DNA of 64,000 nt from Octopus sinensis (lineage: Eukaryota), in the NCBI RefSeq assembly GCF_006345805.1, contig NC_043004.1, forward strand, positions 61,876,001 to 61,940,000, written 5' to 3'. Under the pieces are notes generated by a model. The model was not told the origin of the DNA. It searched no databases and was given only the letters and a program-made list of their open reading frames with translations. Positions 1 to 13,360 of this stretch are shown one piece after another (positions within the stretch are counted from its first letter, which is position 1; every line of letters starts with the position of its first letter). The translations under genes and the position numbers were made by a program.

Positions 1-1
1 T

Positions 2-142
2 GCAAACATTTACATTTTACATTATGGAGCCACTATCCAACTCCCACAAAGTATAGCTGATGAGGTTCTATTAGCAAAACTGCAGGAATACCGTGTTGAT
101 GAATTTGTTGCTTTCATGAAGCAGATATTTGATGATTCATGA
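2..142 (+). CDS. Possible terminal coding fragment running off the left edge (ANIYILHYGATIQLPQSIADEVLLAKLQEYRVDEFVAFMKQIFDDS*), product unknown
   Basis: 46 open codons with protein-like composition in frame 2, TGA at 140-142 and AATAAA at 143-148. No family recognised. Confidence 0.2.
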   Translation, partial: ANIYILHYGATIQLPQSIADEVLLAKLQEYRVDEFVAFMKQIFDDS

Positions 143-1916
143 AATAAATATCAAAACAATTTCACAATTTTATATCTAACTAAACGTTTATAATACATCT
201 TTTGCGATATATCTACATGAAGTTGTGTACACACTCTCACATCGTGTAAGTTCTAGAAACAAAAGTTAAATTCAATATATGAATACCACTTAATATTCAG
301 TCATTGAACATGGCAGGTATTGAAGACATTGACTTAATGCCTAATTGTGTATTGAAAAATATATTTCGTTATGTATATTTGTAGATGTAAAGAGATTAGA
401 GGAAATTGTTTATGGCAATCATTATGGCCATTGATATAAATATCCACTTGAAACATTGGGGTCTTTATAAAATGTAATGCTCACCGTAATGGCAGTTCAA
501 AACAACTCAAGAAGGTTAGTGTATGGAATTTTGCGCGATACGCAAATGATTGGTCAGATCCAGTATACTATCACCTATTATAAAACACAGAGAACAGACA
601 TCTCAATGGAAGAAGATCTTGTTGAACTCTTGATCAGCTCTGACCCAGGGAGGATGTGATTGAATACATTTTCTGGGCAAGTATTCTGACTTCTTTCGGA
701 TTTGTAACACATTTAACTTGAAATTCTTTTAGGCTGTTCTGTGAAGTTTTACGAAAGGTTAAGTAGTAAAACATCGTCAAAACATAATAAGTTCCTTCAC
801 TCCTGCAAACACGAGGAACTAAATTTCTAGTGTGTTTGAAATGAAAATATTCATGAGAAAACAAAACAATACAATGTATTTCTGCTGTCTTCATCCATTT
901 CAAAATTTTTATGCAGATTTTGTATACACTACAGAATCGGCGGACGTTATACTAAGTGTATTAGAGAGAAACTATTTACTTTGTAATAACTACATTATTG
1001 TAAATCTGTTTTAAGATAAAGATAATTACTTACACAACATGTAGTTAATTCGTATATGATATATGAAACGTGGTAAATACGTCTTTTTCTATGACAAATA
1101 ACTTTGAGTTTATGGCAGGCATATATCAGAATGAAACAATAATTAAAATGATACACATGTCTGTACATACATACGTATACATATACGTACATACATATAC
1201 ACATGCACATACATACACATGTATATAATACATACATCTAAGTTCCCACACAGACATACATATATTTAGATATATTACATTATGTAAACCGACAGAATAA
1301 CTGTAGAATTGAGAATAAGTTTTGTAGATATTGTTCAACTAGATAATTCTCAATGGGAATTTGTATATAGTTATGTAAACGATTGTAGTCGCTGGTGAAT
1401 TATTGGAGAAATAATGCGCAGGCATTTACGCATAAATGAGCATTAAATTGAGAAACCAAGAATTCATAGGAGAAAGCGTGGCTGCATATACATATCAATA
1501 TCCATACATGTTGGTAGGAGGCAGTGGGATCTATATTTAGAAGCATATGTATGCATAAGGGAAACTGAAACGGAAGGACTTGAACTTGTGTATACGTATG
1601 TATGTACCGAAATGAGAGCATGTATTTTCTCTGAGAGAAGGGAGTACAAAGTTTGTTGAAATGAGGCCTATGTATCAATGAAGAAATTAAAGGTGATCAA
1701 ATATATTGAAAGAAGTAAAGAATATATATAGATATGCATGTATATAATGCCTTGGTCTCTATAGATAAACGCACGTGCCACTCTCTAAACATCCATATTT
1801 CTTCACCTATGTGCGTATATGTTTATCGCTGACATACATTTTTTTCACGAAGCAAAGCAATATCTATATTTTCATGTGAGGCGACAAAATAATTTTATTG
1901 GGTAAGCTTGTTGTGT

Positions 1917-2170
1917 GGAGGCGCGTGGCTTAGTAGTTAGGGTGTCAGCATCATTATCGTAAGATTGTTGTTTCGTTTCCTGACCGGGCGACGCATTGTT
2001 TTCTTGAGCAAAACACTTCCTTTCACGTTGCTCCAGTCCATTCTGCTGGCAAAAATGAGTAACGCTGCGATGGACTTGCGTCCCATCCAGCTGGGGAACA
2101 CATTACGCCATTGAAATCGGGAAACTGGGCCGATGAACCTGGTTAGGCTTTAAAAGGGTGCATTTATTTA
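1917..2170 (+). mobile_element. tRNA-derived SINE, first unit of a head-to-tail pair
   Basis: A-box-like GGCTTAGTAGTTAGG, degenerate B-box, CORE-like TTCTTGAGCAAAACACTT and a tail ending CTTTAAAAGGG. Clearly homologous to 2177-2420. Confidence 0.85.
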
Positions 2171-2176
2171 TTTGTT

Positions 2177-2420
2177 GAGGCGCGTGGCTTAGGTGTCAGC
2201 ATCATTATCGTAAGATTCTGGTTTCGATCCCTGGACCGGGCGGCGTGTTGTGTTCTTGAGCAAAACACTTCCTTTCGCGTTGCTCCAGTCCACGCAACTG
2301 GCAAAAATGAGTAACGCTGCAATGGACTGGCGTCTCGTCCAGTTGGGGAACACATACGCCATTGAAACTGGGAAACCGGGCCCATGAGCCTGGCTAGGCT
2401 TTAAAAGGGCGCTTTTATTG
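2177..2420 (+). mobile_element. tRNA-derived SINE, second unit of the pair
   Basis: Same family as 1917-2170. It has a deletion in the A-box region and a better B-box (GGTTTCGATCCC). Confidence 0.85.
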
Positions 2421-2567
2421 TTTTTTTAAAGCTTGTTTGTACATGTAAATTAAGGATGCATACCTGTATGTAGTGAAGTGACGGTATACTTTATATACAC
2501 TTACACACTGGAAAGTTCACAGACGTAGATACACTCTGGTGAAATTAGATATATCGTGACTGTAACG

Positions 2568-3004
2568 CAGTGCTTCCGAAACCATTTTGGCCTAACGCTC
2601 TTGTAGCACAAAGCCCACAAACCTCAGACACTACCCCAAACAGAAATTTTTTTCTCTTAGAAATTCAAAACGACTGCATTTCACAAATAGAATGTAATAC
2701 ATTGTACCCAGTGTTTTTCAGATTTTACAATATGAAAATAAATTTTCGTCTCAAACGTAATTACATCGATTTCGTATTCTTACTTCGATGGATGTACATG
2801 GATTAGGCATATATGATTCTCGAAATCAAGCTAAAAATTTCTTAGAATAGTCGCTGATCCATGCGTTCAGTAACTTTCAATCTGTTTCTTTGCTTTGACA
2901 GAAGCTAGGTAACTGCTCTGAAGTACCGCTCAAAATATATGGTGTTAGAAAGCAATGAAGTACATCTTGAAGTTGTTCCGCAGTGCTGCAGTTAGAAAAT
3001 CCTG
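2568..3004. mobile_element. Possible old hAT/Charlie-type non-autonomous element
   Basis: Termini CAGTGCTTCCGAAAC (2568) and CAGTTAGAAAATCCTG (ending 3004) resemble hAT TIRs. No matching 8-bp TSD. Confidence 0.25.
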
Positions 3005-3733
3005 GTCTAATTTTTCCAATATTTTCCTTAACCGAATGTCATTTTCAAGTGAAACCAGTTCTTCCTCTGTTATACACTGTTATATTTGTTTTCTCATTAC
3101 ATATATCTAAGTAACACTCAAACTGGTATTTTAATAAAAAATGAAGATCCTGAAATCTGCCAGGCCTGTCTCTGCGCAACTCATCCAGGTGTGAGCATTA
3201 CACTTGAATGTCATCGACTGCAATTTACTTTTGCTTTTCCAATTCACAGAGGCTAGGAAACTGAAAGAAGTGACAATGTTGTATGTTATATTTGAATAAC
3301 TTTAACTTGTATAGAAACGGGGACCGAACTGGTTTTACTTTAATAAGGTTTAATCTCATTCCCTAACAGTTGCAAATTAGCTCTAGTGACGGTTGTGAAT
3401 ATATTTGCCTTATAAGCAATGTCATGCTTGGTGATTATTGCTTCATTACGAAGTACAGTGTCTTGAAAGAATTCAACAACTGTGTTTAAAAGGGAATAGG
3501 AACATTTAGTCAGTTTAACTTTCACAGTTATGTGTACTACAAGACAAGTTCACAATAGTCATCATTTTCAGTACAGAGCTATTGAAACAGTGGAGAATTG
3601 AGAACATGCCTTTTTTTCTACTACTGTGATAAGAGCGTCCAGCCATTTGTTAAGGTTACCACATAGATTATTTGCAAGCAGATGTTACCTATTGATTACA
3701 GTAAACACACCTAGTATAATGTTTGCAACAACA

Positions 3734-3840
3734 AAAAATCCTCTTAAAGTGCCAAGTGACCTAAACTTGACCTGTTGTGGTTGTAACGTTAGAGATTGGA
3801 ATTTTCTCAATACATTTATGGGTAGTGACTGTTCTGAATA
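3734..3840 (+). repeat. Isolated fragment of the terminus of the 6543-7612 fold-back family
   Basis: AATCCTCTTAAA..CAAGTGACCTAAA matches ~6543. TGTGGTTG..TAGAGATTGGAATTTT..ATGGGTAGTGACTGTTCTGAATA matches the reverse complement of ~7545-7612. Confidence 0.75.
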
Positions 3841-4689
3841 GTTATACTTCGTGATTTCAAAATTAATGCTTAAAAAGGATTTACACATATTATTGATCAT
3901 ATTGCAGGCAATATTCTATATTCCCTGTATTTTCTGGAGGAATAACGTGACGGTGAGCTTCGTACTCCATTATTTTCAATCAAGAAAATTATGCTCGTGT
4001 CGTTTTCATATCTTTTAACTGGATGTACGGCTGGAACACGTTTTGAAATCCCGGGAATCTATTTCGGCTTTCAAATATATAGGTACCTACACTCTTTAGC
4101 CATATAGATTTGATAGTGATGGCCTATTGCTATAAAATTATATGTATGATTAGAACAGTGATGAGAGCAGATGTAATAAAGAAATTTGTTAAGAATAAAT
4201 AACACTCATTTGGAATTCATTCGACTTCATCCTTTATTTAATCAATTTTATGGCTGTAGAAAGAGCTTTATATTGAAGCACTTAGGAGAAATATGAATTT
4301 ATAGAATGGACCTTTCTGTAGAGTTACATTTTTATTGAAAAATAAATATACGCAAAATATACTATACAAAAAATAGTCCTGAAACTCAGAATCACATATA
4401 CACGCACATACGCATACACACACATATACATATTTCTATGTGTATATGCATATATATTTTGTATAAGTGCATTTTACTAAGTGGTGTAGTGGTTTATATT
4501 TTGCACTCACGATAGCAACAACATGGTTGTCGTTTTAATTCACGTTATTCCAGTTAGGAGTCCTGTTAAGGAGAAATGCACTTCTATCGGTAAATTCTAC
4601 GCCATACATCCCGAGTAATATGCCCGTGATGCATTTCCCATAGTGACACACACACACCTCATTCATGCGCACACACGAATACACACACA

Positions 4690-4866
4690 TACTGTGACCG
4701 CCCAGGTTATCAGATGTTGTGCACATTCATTTCAACAGTGGGATTAGCATCGTTGTAGCCATCGAATTACACCACCCCGCTGGGTAGGCGAGCAAGAAAA
4801 TTTTCTCTCATTGATTGAAAGTGAAATAAAGTGTTTTGCTCAAGAACACAACGCTTCGCCCGACCC

Positions 4867-4869
<3 letters not shown>
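4690..4869 (-). mobile_element. 5'-truncated SINE ending at a (TA)n tract
   Basis: The reverse complement reads CCCGGGTCGGGCGAAGCGTTGTGTTCTTGAGCAAAACACTT, the same central domain as 1917-2420 but with a different tail. Confidence 0.7.
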
Positions 4870-4908
<39 letters not shown>

Positions 4909-4931
4909 CAACATACATGCCTACATACACA

Positions 4932-5973
<1,042 letters not shown>

Positions 5974-6450
5974 ATACATGATATATACATAAAATCAGTA
6001 TTGAACGTATATATTTGGAATTATTACTAAGCCGCAAATCAACCCATTATATTACTTGAAAATCTAGATAATGTAGGTGATATAGAAAAGGTAAATGTTT
6101 GCCGGGATGCGTTGTATTTACACCTGAATGCTTTCATGTGTTGTATGAATGAGTTCTTAAAATGAAGGTTTGTTATGCTGTTGTAGGTTCTTATGACGGT
6201 TTCCTGTGTTGTCATGATGACAATATCACTCAGATCCTGTAAGAGGGAAAATGCTCCCTGTTGTGGAAAAGTTTCGAGGAAATTATGCGTTTTCCAGCAG
6301 CTTGCTCTTATAGATTCGATGGTAGCTAAATAAAGGTATATATCACTGAATTGATGGATATGAAAAAGAAATATTCTCGAGTTGCTCGAAGAAGAGTAGG
6401 AGAGAGTAGGAAAAAGAGAGCGAATAGTAAAAATGCCGCAAAATGGATGT

Positions 6451-6523
6451 AAAAATATTTAACTCTGTCATGTTTGCATACATAAATGAATATATGCAAA
6501 CATGACAGTGTTTTAAATATTTT
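6451..6523. other. Short hairpin: perfect 16-bp stem, 12-nt loop, extendable basal stem
   Basis: CTGTCATGTTTGCATA (6465-6480) and TATGCAAACATGACAG (6493-6508) are exact reverse complements. Outer AAAATATTTAA/TTAAATATTTT also pair. Confidence 0.8.
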
Positions 6524-6542
6524 ACAGGTGCCTGTTGATGGA

Positions 6543-7612
6543 ATCCTCTTAAATGCTCAAGTGACCTAAAAGTGACCAGTTGCTGTAGTAATAGTAGTGA
6601 TCGAAACTTACCTTAATAAATTCATGATTATTGACTGAGCTGAATATATCGTTTTAAATACTTTCATGGGTATTATTCTACGCCCCTTTGATAGTGTCTT
6701 TTGTGGTGGACGCATTCAAAAGGGGTTTATTGTTTGTGATAGCATATGACTCTTCAATAATGCGGTGACTACAGGTTGCATCGTTCCTGAGTTTATGGAG
6801 GGGGAAAATTCTGAAAATTGTTTGTTTCTTAGTGTCGCAAATGTCAATGTGTTCACTGAATGCTATTTTTATGTATTCCCGAATTTTTATCTGGGATCTA
6901 TATAGAGCCATCCTTTGAGTAGATTGATTTTTGTGTGGCCTACATATTGCTCTCGACACCCAGAACAAGTTAGGTTCCCCGAAGTATATGTGGAGTTGTT
7001 TTTCACTGTAAAAACGTTGACCCAAATCGAGGTAAACTATCCTAAAACAAGGCCAAGTACTCTCTGCAACAACACTAAAGCCGTCAGTAAAAAATAATGC
7101 GTTAGAACTAACTGTGGTATATACGTCAACGCAATTAAGGGATCGGACTTCTCTTTCAAACAAGATCAACGTTTTCTGTTAAAAACACATCACCTGCGCT
7201 TTAAAGAACCTAATATTAACTTGATTTGTGTGTCGAGAGTAATACTTAGGCCAAACCAAAAACGGTCTACATCAAAGGATGTCTCTACATAGAGCCTAGA
7301 TCAAAATTTGGGAATACAGAAAAATAGCATTCAGAAAACTCATCGACATGCGCGCCACAAACAAACAACCCAGCTTCAGAAATTTTCCCCTCTATAAACC
7401 CAGGGACGATGCAAAATGTAGTCAGCGCATTAGCAAAGAGTAATATGTTATCACAAAATATAAATCTCTTTTGAATGCATCTACCGCCAGTGACACTATT
7501 ACGAGGGCCTTAGAGGAATACTCACGCAAATATTAAAAACGATATATTCAGAACAGTCACTACCCATGAATTTATTCAGGAAAATTCCAATCTCTACAAT
7601 TGCAACCACAAT
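6543..7612. mobile_element. ~1 kb fold-back (long inverted repeat) element with diverged arms of ~440 bp
   Basis: Left arm ~6590-7025 aligns to the reverse complement of ~7163-7601, e.g. TGAATATATCGTTTT / AAAACGATATATTCA and CTCTCGACAC / GTGTCGAGAG. Spacer is ~140 bp. Confidence 0.8.
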
Positions 7613-7689
7613 AGATAAAATTGGCCAATATCCTACTAGTCATAAAACTCAAGCATTGTTGTTATTCTTTCTCATATTTCCATGCTCCT

Positions 7690-7990
7690 TTCTCTTTTCT
7701 TCTTCTTCTTCTTCTTCTTCTTCTTCTTCTTCTTCTTCTTCTTCTTCTTCTTCTTCTTCTTCTTCTTCTTCTTCTTCTTCTTCTTCTTCTTCTTCTTCTT
7801 CTTCTTCTTCTTCTTTCTTCTCTCTTCTCTTCTCTTCTTCTTCTTCTTCTTCTTTCTTCCTTCTTCTTCTTCTTCGTTCTTCTCTGCTTCTTCTTCTTCT
7901 TTCTTCTTCTTCTTCTTCTTCTTCCTTCTCTTCTTCTTTCTTCTTTTCAACTTCCTTCTTTCTTCTTCTTCTTCGCCTCCTTCCTCCGCT
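7690..7990. repeat. (TTC)n microsatellite
   Basis: Read directly; it explains the poly-S/L/F/K ORFs at 7566-8085. Confidence 0.95.
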
Positions 7991-8099
7991 GTCTACTGCT
8001 TAAACAAAACAAACCAATAACTTTTATCATCAAATATTCGTACTTATACTACCTGACACCTGCTACCAAGCCCTCACAAGTGTAAAATGAGAGACAGAG

Positions 8100-8340
8100 A
8101 CAAATAGGAAAAAAAAAAAAGGAAAATGTTCCTTGCATTTAAAAACTGTAGAAATATTTTTTAAAAAAGCACAACAGCGCAAGGACGTGGTATATACAAA
8201 GTATTAGTAGACGTTCAGGGAAGGAAAGAAATATGGTTTTCGTATCGAGCAAAGGTCTTCAGAAAAAGGAGACAGAGGACAGTCCAATAGAAAAGGAGAG
8301 AAAAAGATCTCGCCAATGATTCACATGTCTTACATTTAGA
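8100..8340 (-). mobile_element. Short (TA)n-adjacent repeat unit with a decayed hammerhead-like motif
   Basis: The reverse complement has TTTT-CTGAAGA-CCTTTGCTC-GATACG-AAAA (GAAA changed to GATA) followed by ..CTACTAATAC. Related to 14248-14420. Confidence 0.4.
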
Positions 8341-8358
8341 TGTGTGTGTGTGTTTATA

Positions 8359-8439
<81 letters not shown>

Positions 8440-8630
8440 TGAGTGGCTGAGTATGTAACATCGTTTTGAACGTGAAAATTATCACAATTTATTTCAGCGA
8501 TGCGTAAATTTTATGCATCAAATTAAGAACCATTACAATCAATGGCTTTTTGCCATCGAGTTACAAGTTTGTTTATTCCGCTAACATAAAAATCTGAAGT
8601 TCTGGACCTGATGAACTATTTGAACGCACA

Positions 8631-8742
8631 TGCAGCATGGATCCCTTAGGGTTCATGAAGTGTCCTGGGGCAAAAAATTCAACTTCCTCCCTAATATATA
8701 GTTTAACATATATATATATATAATAAATAAATATATATATAT

Positions 8743-8805
<63 letters not shown>

Positions 8806-8810
8806 TATAT

Positions 8811-8854
<44 letters not shown>

Positions 8855-8911
8855 AAGAAGTTGAATTGTTTTGCCTTAGGACACTTCCCGGACCTGAGTA
8901 ATCCATGTGTA
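8631..8911. repeat. Inverted repeat (~60 bp arms) bracketing a (TA)n tract, MITE-like
   Basis: GTGTCCTGGGGCAAAAAATTCAACTTCCTCCCTA versus TAGGGAAGAAGTTGAATTGTTTTGCCTTAGGACAC. Weaker match extends out to CATGGAT/ATCCATG. Confidence 0.75.
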
Positions 8912-10081
8912 AAATTGGAATGAAATCCTTTGGATAGTTCTCGAGTTTTAGTCATGTACACATACAGATACACAGTCAGACATACAGATACACATTTTAA
9001 ATTTATATATATAGATATACACAAGCTAGTATTACTTTTCAATTATACATGCATGTTAATGTTATATTAGTATGTGTAATTATGTATGCCCGTATGTTTC
9101 TATATATGTGTGAGTATACGTGTTTTGTCCCTCACTGTATTCCTATAAACTTATACCTTATTATTTCCTTCACGAACTATGTCTGCCCAAACAAATACTG
9201 TCTTTGAACTCTCGCAAGCATCTCTGGCTGTAATATATGTAATAACAGTAAACAGATTAATTTTGATAGGGGCAATTAGCAGCGATTCTTTCTGTTATAT
9301 AAAATTTAAACGTTCGACATGTAACTCATATTCATAGCATAATTACTATCGTATAAACCGCGCTAAGATAAGCAGTATGCAATATAATATTCAAATTCAT
9401 GGTATAAATTTGATTATTATAAAATTGGCTATTAGTCCAGTGTATTAGAGCCATAATCTGTGAATTATCGTGTCTCCGTGTATGCATGGAATCAAAACAT
9501 CTATTATACCATATTCATCACCAAAGACATATTCACATGCTTGAAGAATTTTAATAATAGCAATTAATTCACTTACTATAATCAACAGGATTAGCTACTT
9601 AATTACTAAATGGGTCATGTATCTAATGCTGTAGATATAAATATGAAATATTATATAGAAAAATATGATAATGGTAATTTCCAATCTGAAGAATTGACCT
9701 CAGGATCGCAACGACATCATCGGTACGATTCGGGTTAAGAGGCAGAAAACGTTTTATTTCATAACAAGTTAATATGCTGAATTGGTTTATACAGGAGTAT
9801 TTAAATGCTTCCCATCAAATGTTCAGCTATATTAAGCCATACATATAAAGCTGTATATATATTTTCTAGCGTGGTGATGAATTCTAGTATTAGACTGTAT
9901 AACAGCTAGGCGTGTAGAACACGCATTAACAGAAAAGGTCCAAAGTATGAATCGTTTTCTTACGTATCATACTCTATAACATAGAAAGAGAAACAAATTG
10001 GTAAAATTCATACAACACGGCTTCGGACCTGCAAATAAAATGCTTCAAATTAGCATTTCTAAAAAATGAACAGAAGTGTCA

Positions 10082-10116
<35 letters not shown>

Positions 10117-10225
10117 TGTATGTATGTATGTATGTATGTATGTATGTATGTATGTATGTATGTATGCATGTATGTATGTATATAAATATATATATATATA
10201 TATAATATATTATATATATATAGTA
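10082..10225. repeat. (TATG)n and (TA)n microsatellite
   Basis: Read directly from the sequence. Confidence 0.95.
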
Positions 10226-10412
10226 GAAATATGTTATAAAAGTAAAATGTAATATATTATATTGTTTAGAGCTTTGTGACGCAAAAGTAGAAAAAGAAAG
10301 GTTATATCAATTTCATTAAAGTAAGCCTATCCTTTTTTTTGCTACATACACAAGCGCGCGCATCTCTCTCTCTCTCTCTTTCTCTCTCTATCTGTCTGTT
10401 TATCTATCTATC

Positions 10413-10461
<49 letters not shown>

Positions 10462-11316
10462 TATATATATATAGGAAGAGAAAGAGAAGAGAGAGAGAGA
10501 GAGGAGAGAGGGTAGATATATAACTATAGGTGCTTCTATAAGTAGATGTGTATGCGAATATATGTGTCTTCGGTTGTATGTTTTAATATATTGCATGAAC
10601 GTTCGTCTCTGATTTTGTTTGCAATATTTTCTTATGCAAATGTAAAATAAATATATATCAAAACCCCGAAAACGCATTCTATCATTGCATATCTAACAGG
10701 CTGACATCACAGCATGCACTCAAACATATATCTGCATTAACTAATCTGTACACTAATTACGGGTATAATATTGTAAATATACAGGAAATACAGTTTAAAT
10801 TAGCAAATTCTTCGTGACGTTTGTTCGCGTCGCTACATCTAAAATATGCAAAGTAGCTAATTTGCCAACAGCAAAGTTAAATCGGTATTTGCCCTACATC
10901 GTCGACTTTCATGAAGAATAACAGCTAATAAATTATTGCGGTTTGTGAATAAATCTATCGTTATTGCTATTTTAGCCTTTTGCATTGAATTGCTTTTCCT
11001 CAAAATATAGCGAACTATTTTGACATCATTGATATCCATATTTTAAAGCATACATTACTTATATGCTAGCTACTTAATATATCTAATTTTATAATGTTTT
11101 TGGTTGCGGATTAGTCACACAAAGTATCATACGTTAATATTAAAGCTCGTGTTAAATAAAATGTTATACAAAGTGAAAGAATTTGCATTTCTTTTATTAA
11201 TCATGCATTTATATCGAAATTTCAACGATTTCTTGTGCAAGCAGGTTTTATAAATACCTTGTATGTCTGATATTATTTCACATAGCAGAAAGCACATGCC
11301 ATTGTTTAAAGTGTTT

Positions 11317-11880
11317 AAGGTGGCAAGTTGGTAGCAACGTTAGTACGCCAGGCAGAAGTAGTTCAACCATATTTACATTCTGAATTCAAATTCTGCCGAA
11401 GTCGACTTTAGCTTTCATCTGTTTGAGGACGATAACTTAAGGACCAGCGAAACACTGGGTTCGATATAATCCACTAGTTACCTCCCACCAAATGTCGAGC
11501 CTTGGGAGTTCAGTAGAAAGGATTATGTAAAGACGTTCTCAGTCGGAGAGATACTTAAAGCGTTAGAACTTCGACCAAAGTTTTTAATGATATTTCGCAT
11601 GTTTTCACGTTCTGAGATCAAATTCTGCCGATGCCTTTAATCCTTTCGGTGTCGATAAAGTAAGTACCGGTTGAAAAACTTAATCGACTAAACAAAATCT
11701 CCGAAATACTTGGTCATGTATTGAATTTTAAAATACTAATTCAAAGAGGTTCTGAGTTGACGAAATAGAATTGTTAACACGGCGGGTAAAATGCTAGGCG
11801 GCATTCCGTTGGTCTTTATGTCCTGATTTCAAATTTCCCCGAAATTGAATTTGTCTTCTGTCCCTTCGAGTTCGTTGAAA
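11317..11880 (+). mobile_element. Cluster of three degenerate copies of an abundant SINE family
   Basis: A recurring TTCTGA(G/A)TTCAAATT(C)CGCCGA.GTCGACTTT..CTTTCATC motif appears with variation at ~11380, ~11610 and ~11825. Confidence 0.7.
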
Positions 11881-12240
11881 TGCCATGTAATGAACTAGCC
11901 CGCTTCATACAATATTCCAGATTTCATCCCCAAAGTCCAATTATTCACTAAGTTTTCGCAAAACAAATTTTCGTGAAGCATGACGAAATCAATTTAAAAT
12001 TTTAATTAAATTGTATTGTATCATCTTCTGAAAACGTAGGCTACAAGTTCAAGACTCATTAACTACTACAGTTAGTAGATAGGGGGAACTTTTTAAGGGG
12101 AACGCATTATTAAATCAGCTTCCATTAAAATATGTATAATGTTTTCCTTATTTTGATATGTATGTATGTATACATACATACACACACAAACACACAAACA
12201 CACCACACACACACCTCACACACACACACACACACACACA

Positions 12241-12290
<50 letters not shown>

Positions 12291-12857
12291 GTATATTATA
12301 TTAAATTCACTTATATAAGTCTCATTACAGCTAAGGGTTAAAGATAGACGAAATTCTGTGCGAAAGGTGGGCTGGATTTTTTAAAAAATTAAGTCGAATG
12401 GCTATGTATAATAAGCGTGAGCGTTACCTTTTCAGTTATACAGCAATTACAAGAAATAACAACAAAATTGTAACGGACAAAATGATTAAAAATTAAAAGC
12501 TATAATCATCGAAATATATGTCTATATATCTGAATCAATATTAATTCAAATTCGTTTAGGTCGAAACACATTCATTGTGTCTTATGATAACATACAACAA
12601 CAATATATAGGTATATAATTTAAATATCAGGTTTATATTTAATCTAGAAAATGTACTAAAACGTGTAAAAATATATGTGATAATTATGTTGGTAACATGC
12701 AAGAAATTCTTTATTCAAAGCCTGGTGTATATGTATACATGCATTATATATATATATAGTATATATATATATATATATAGATTTATTATATGCAATTGTT
12801 GAAATTGAACATTTAGCTCTGGCTTCGACAGACAGGGTCGTTATGTATGATACGTCC

Positions 12858-12906
12858 AGGCTTGCTGAAGAGTACATAAGTACGAAATCACAGGTGATAC
12901 AAGTCT
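12858..12906 (+). ncRNA. Type I hammerhead ribozyme (copy A), predicted cleavage after 12899 (AUA)
   Basis: Helix I AGGCTTG/CAAGTCT (6 WC + 1 GU); core CTGAAGA; helix II GTAC-ATAA-GTAC; GAAA; helix III ATCA-CAGG-TGAT; then A17. Confidence 0.9.
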
Positions 12907-13311
12907 ATATTTTTTAAATGTCTCTTTGAAAGATTGCATTCGGTGGGATTAGTAAAATGTTTGGTAGAAATGACTTTTTGTCCCTCTTAGCGTGTGGCAT
13001 CTATGTATAATAATGCCTCTATATATAAATTAATATGTTCAATAAGAAAGAATTATTTTCGAAATTTTTTCTCTATGAGGTTTTTCACGCTATCTACCTG
13101 ATAATTTCTTATTAAGATTCCTTATTAAGAAGTTGTCCTTAATTGCTAAATAATTTTATTCCGAAAAAAACTTTTCCCACCGAAATGCAATTCGAAGAAG
13201 CCTGCCATATACCGGATGTAATATATATAAACTCCCCCATGTGCTTCGTTGAAGTTGAACAGTTAGCTGCTTGGCTTCGACGAGACAGGGTCGTTTATGT
13301 ATGATACGTCC

Positions 13312-13360
13312 AGGCTTGCTGAAGAGTACATAAGTACGAAATCACAGGTGATACAAGTCT
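13312..13360 (+). ncRNA. Type I hammerhead ribozyme (copy B), predicted cleavage after 13353
   Basis: Identical 49-nt sequence to 12858-12906. Confidence 0.9.

Noticed and set aside
57-100. CTGATGA as a hammerhead core
   Set aside because: No helix II, no GAAA, no helix I.
2533-2546. 14-bp match (ACTCTGGTGAAATT) to the start of LTR2
   Set aside because: Homology does not extend, so it is probably chance.
6678-7169. 163-aa minus-strand ORF
   Set aside because: It lies over the fold-back arm, has no recognisable motif, and the opposite arm does not preserve the frame.
7566-8085. Long ORFs with poly-Ser/Leu/Phe/Lys (also 49093-49605, 62830-63557, 34225-34789)
   Set aside because: They are translations of stop-free trinucleotide microsatellites.
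12325-12339. AAGGGTTAA piggyBac-like right end
   Set aside because: No matching TTAACCCT partner found nearby.
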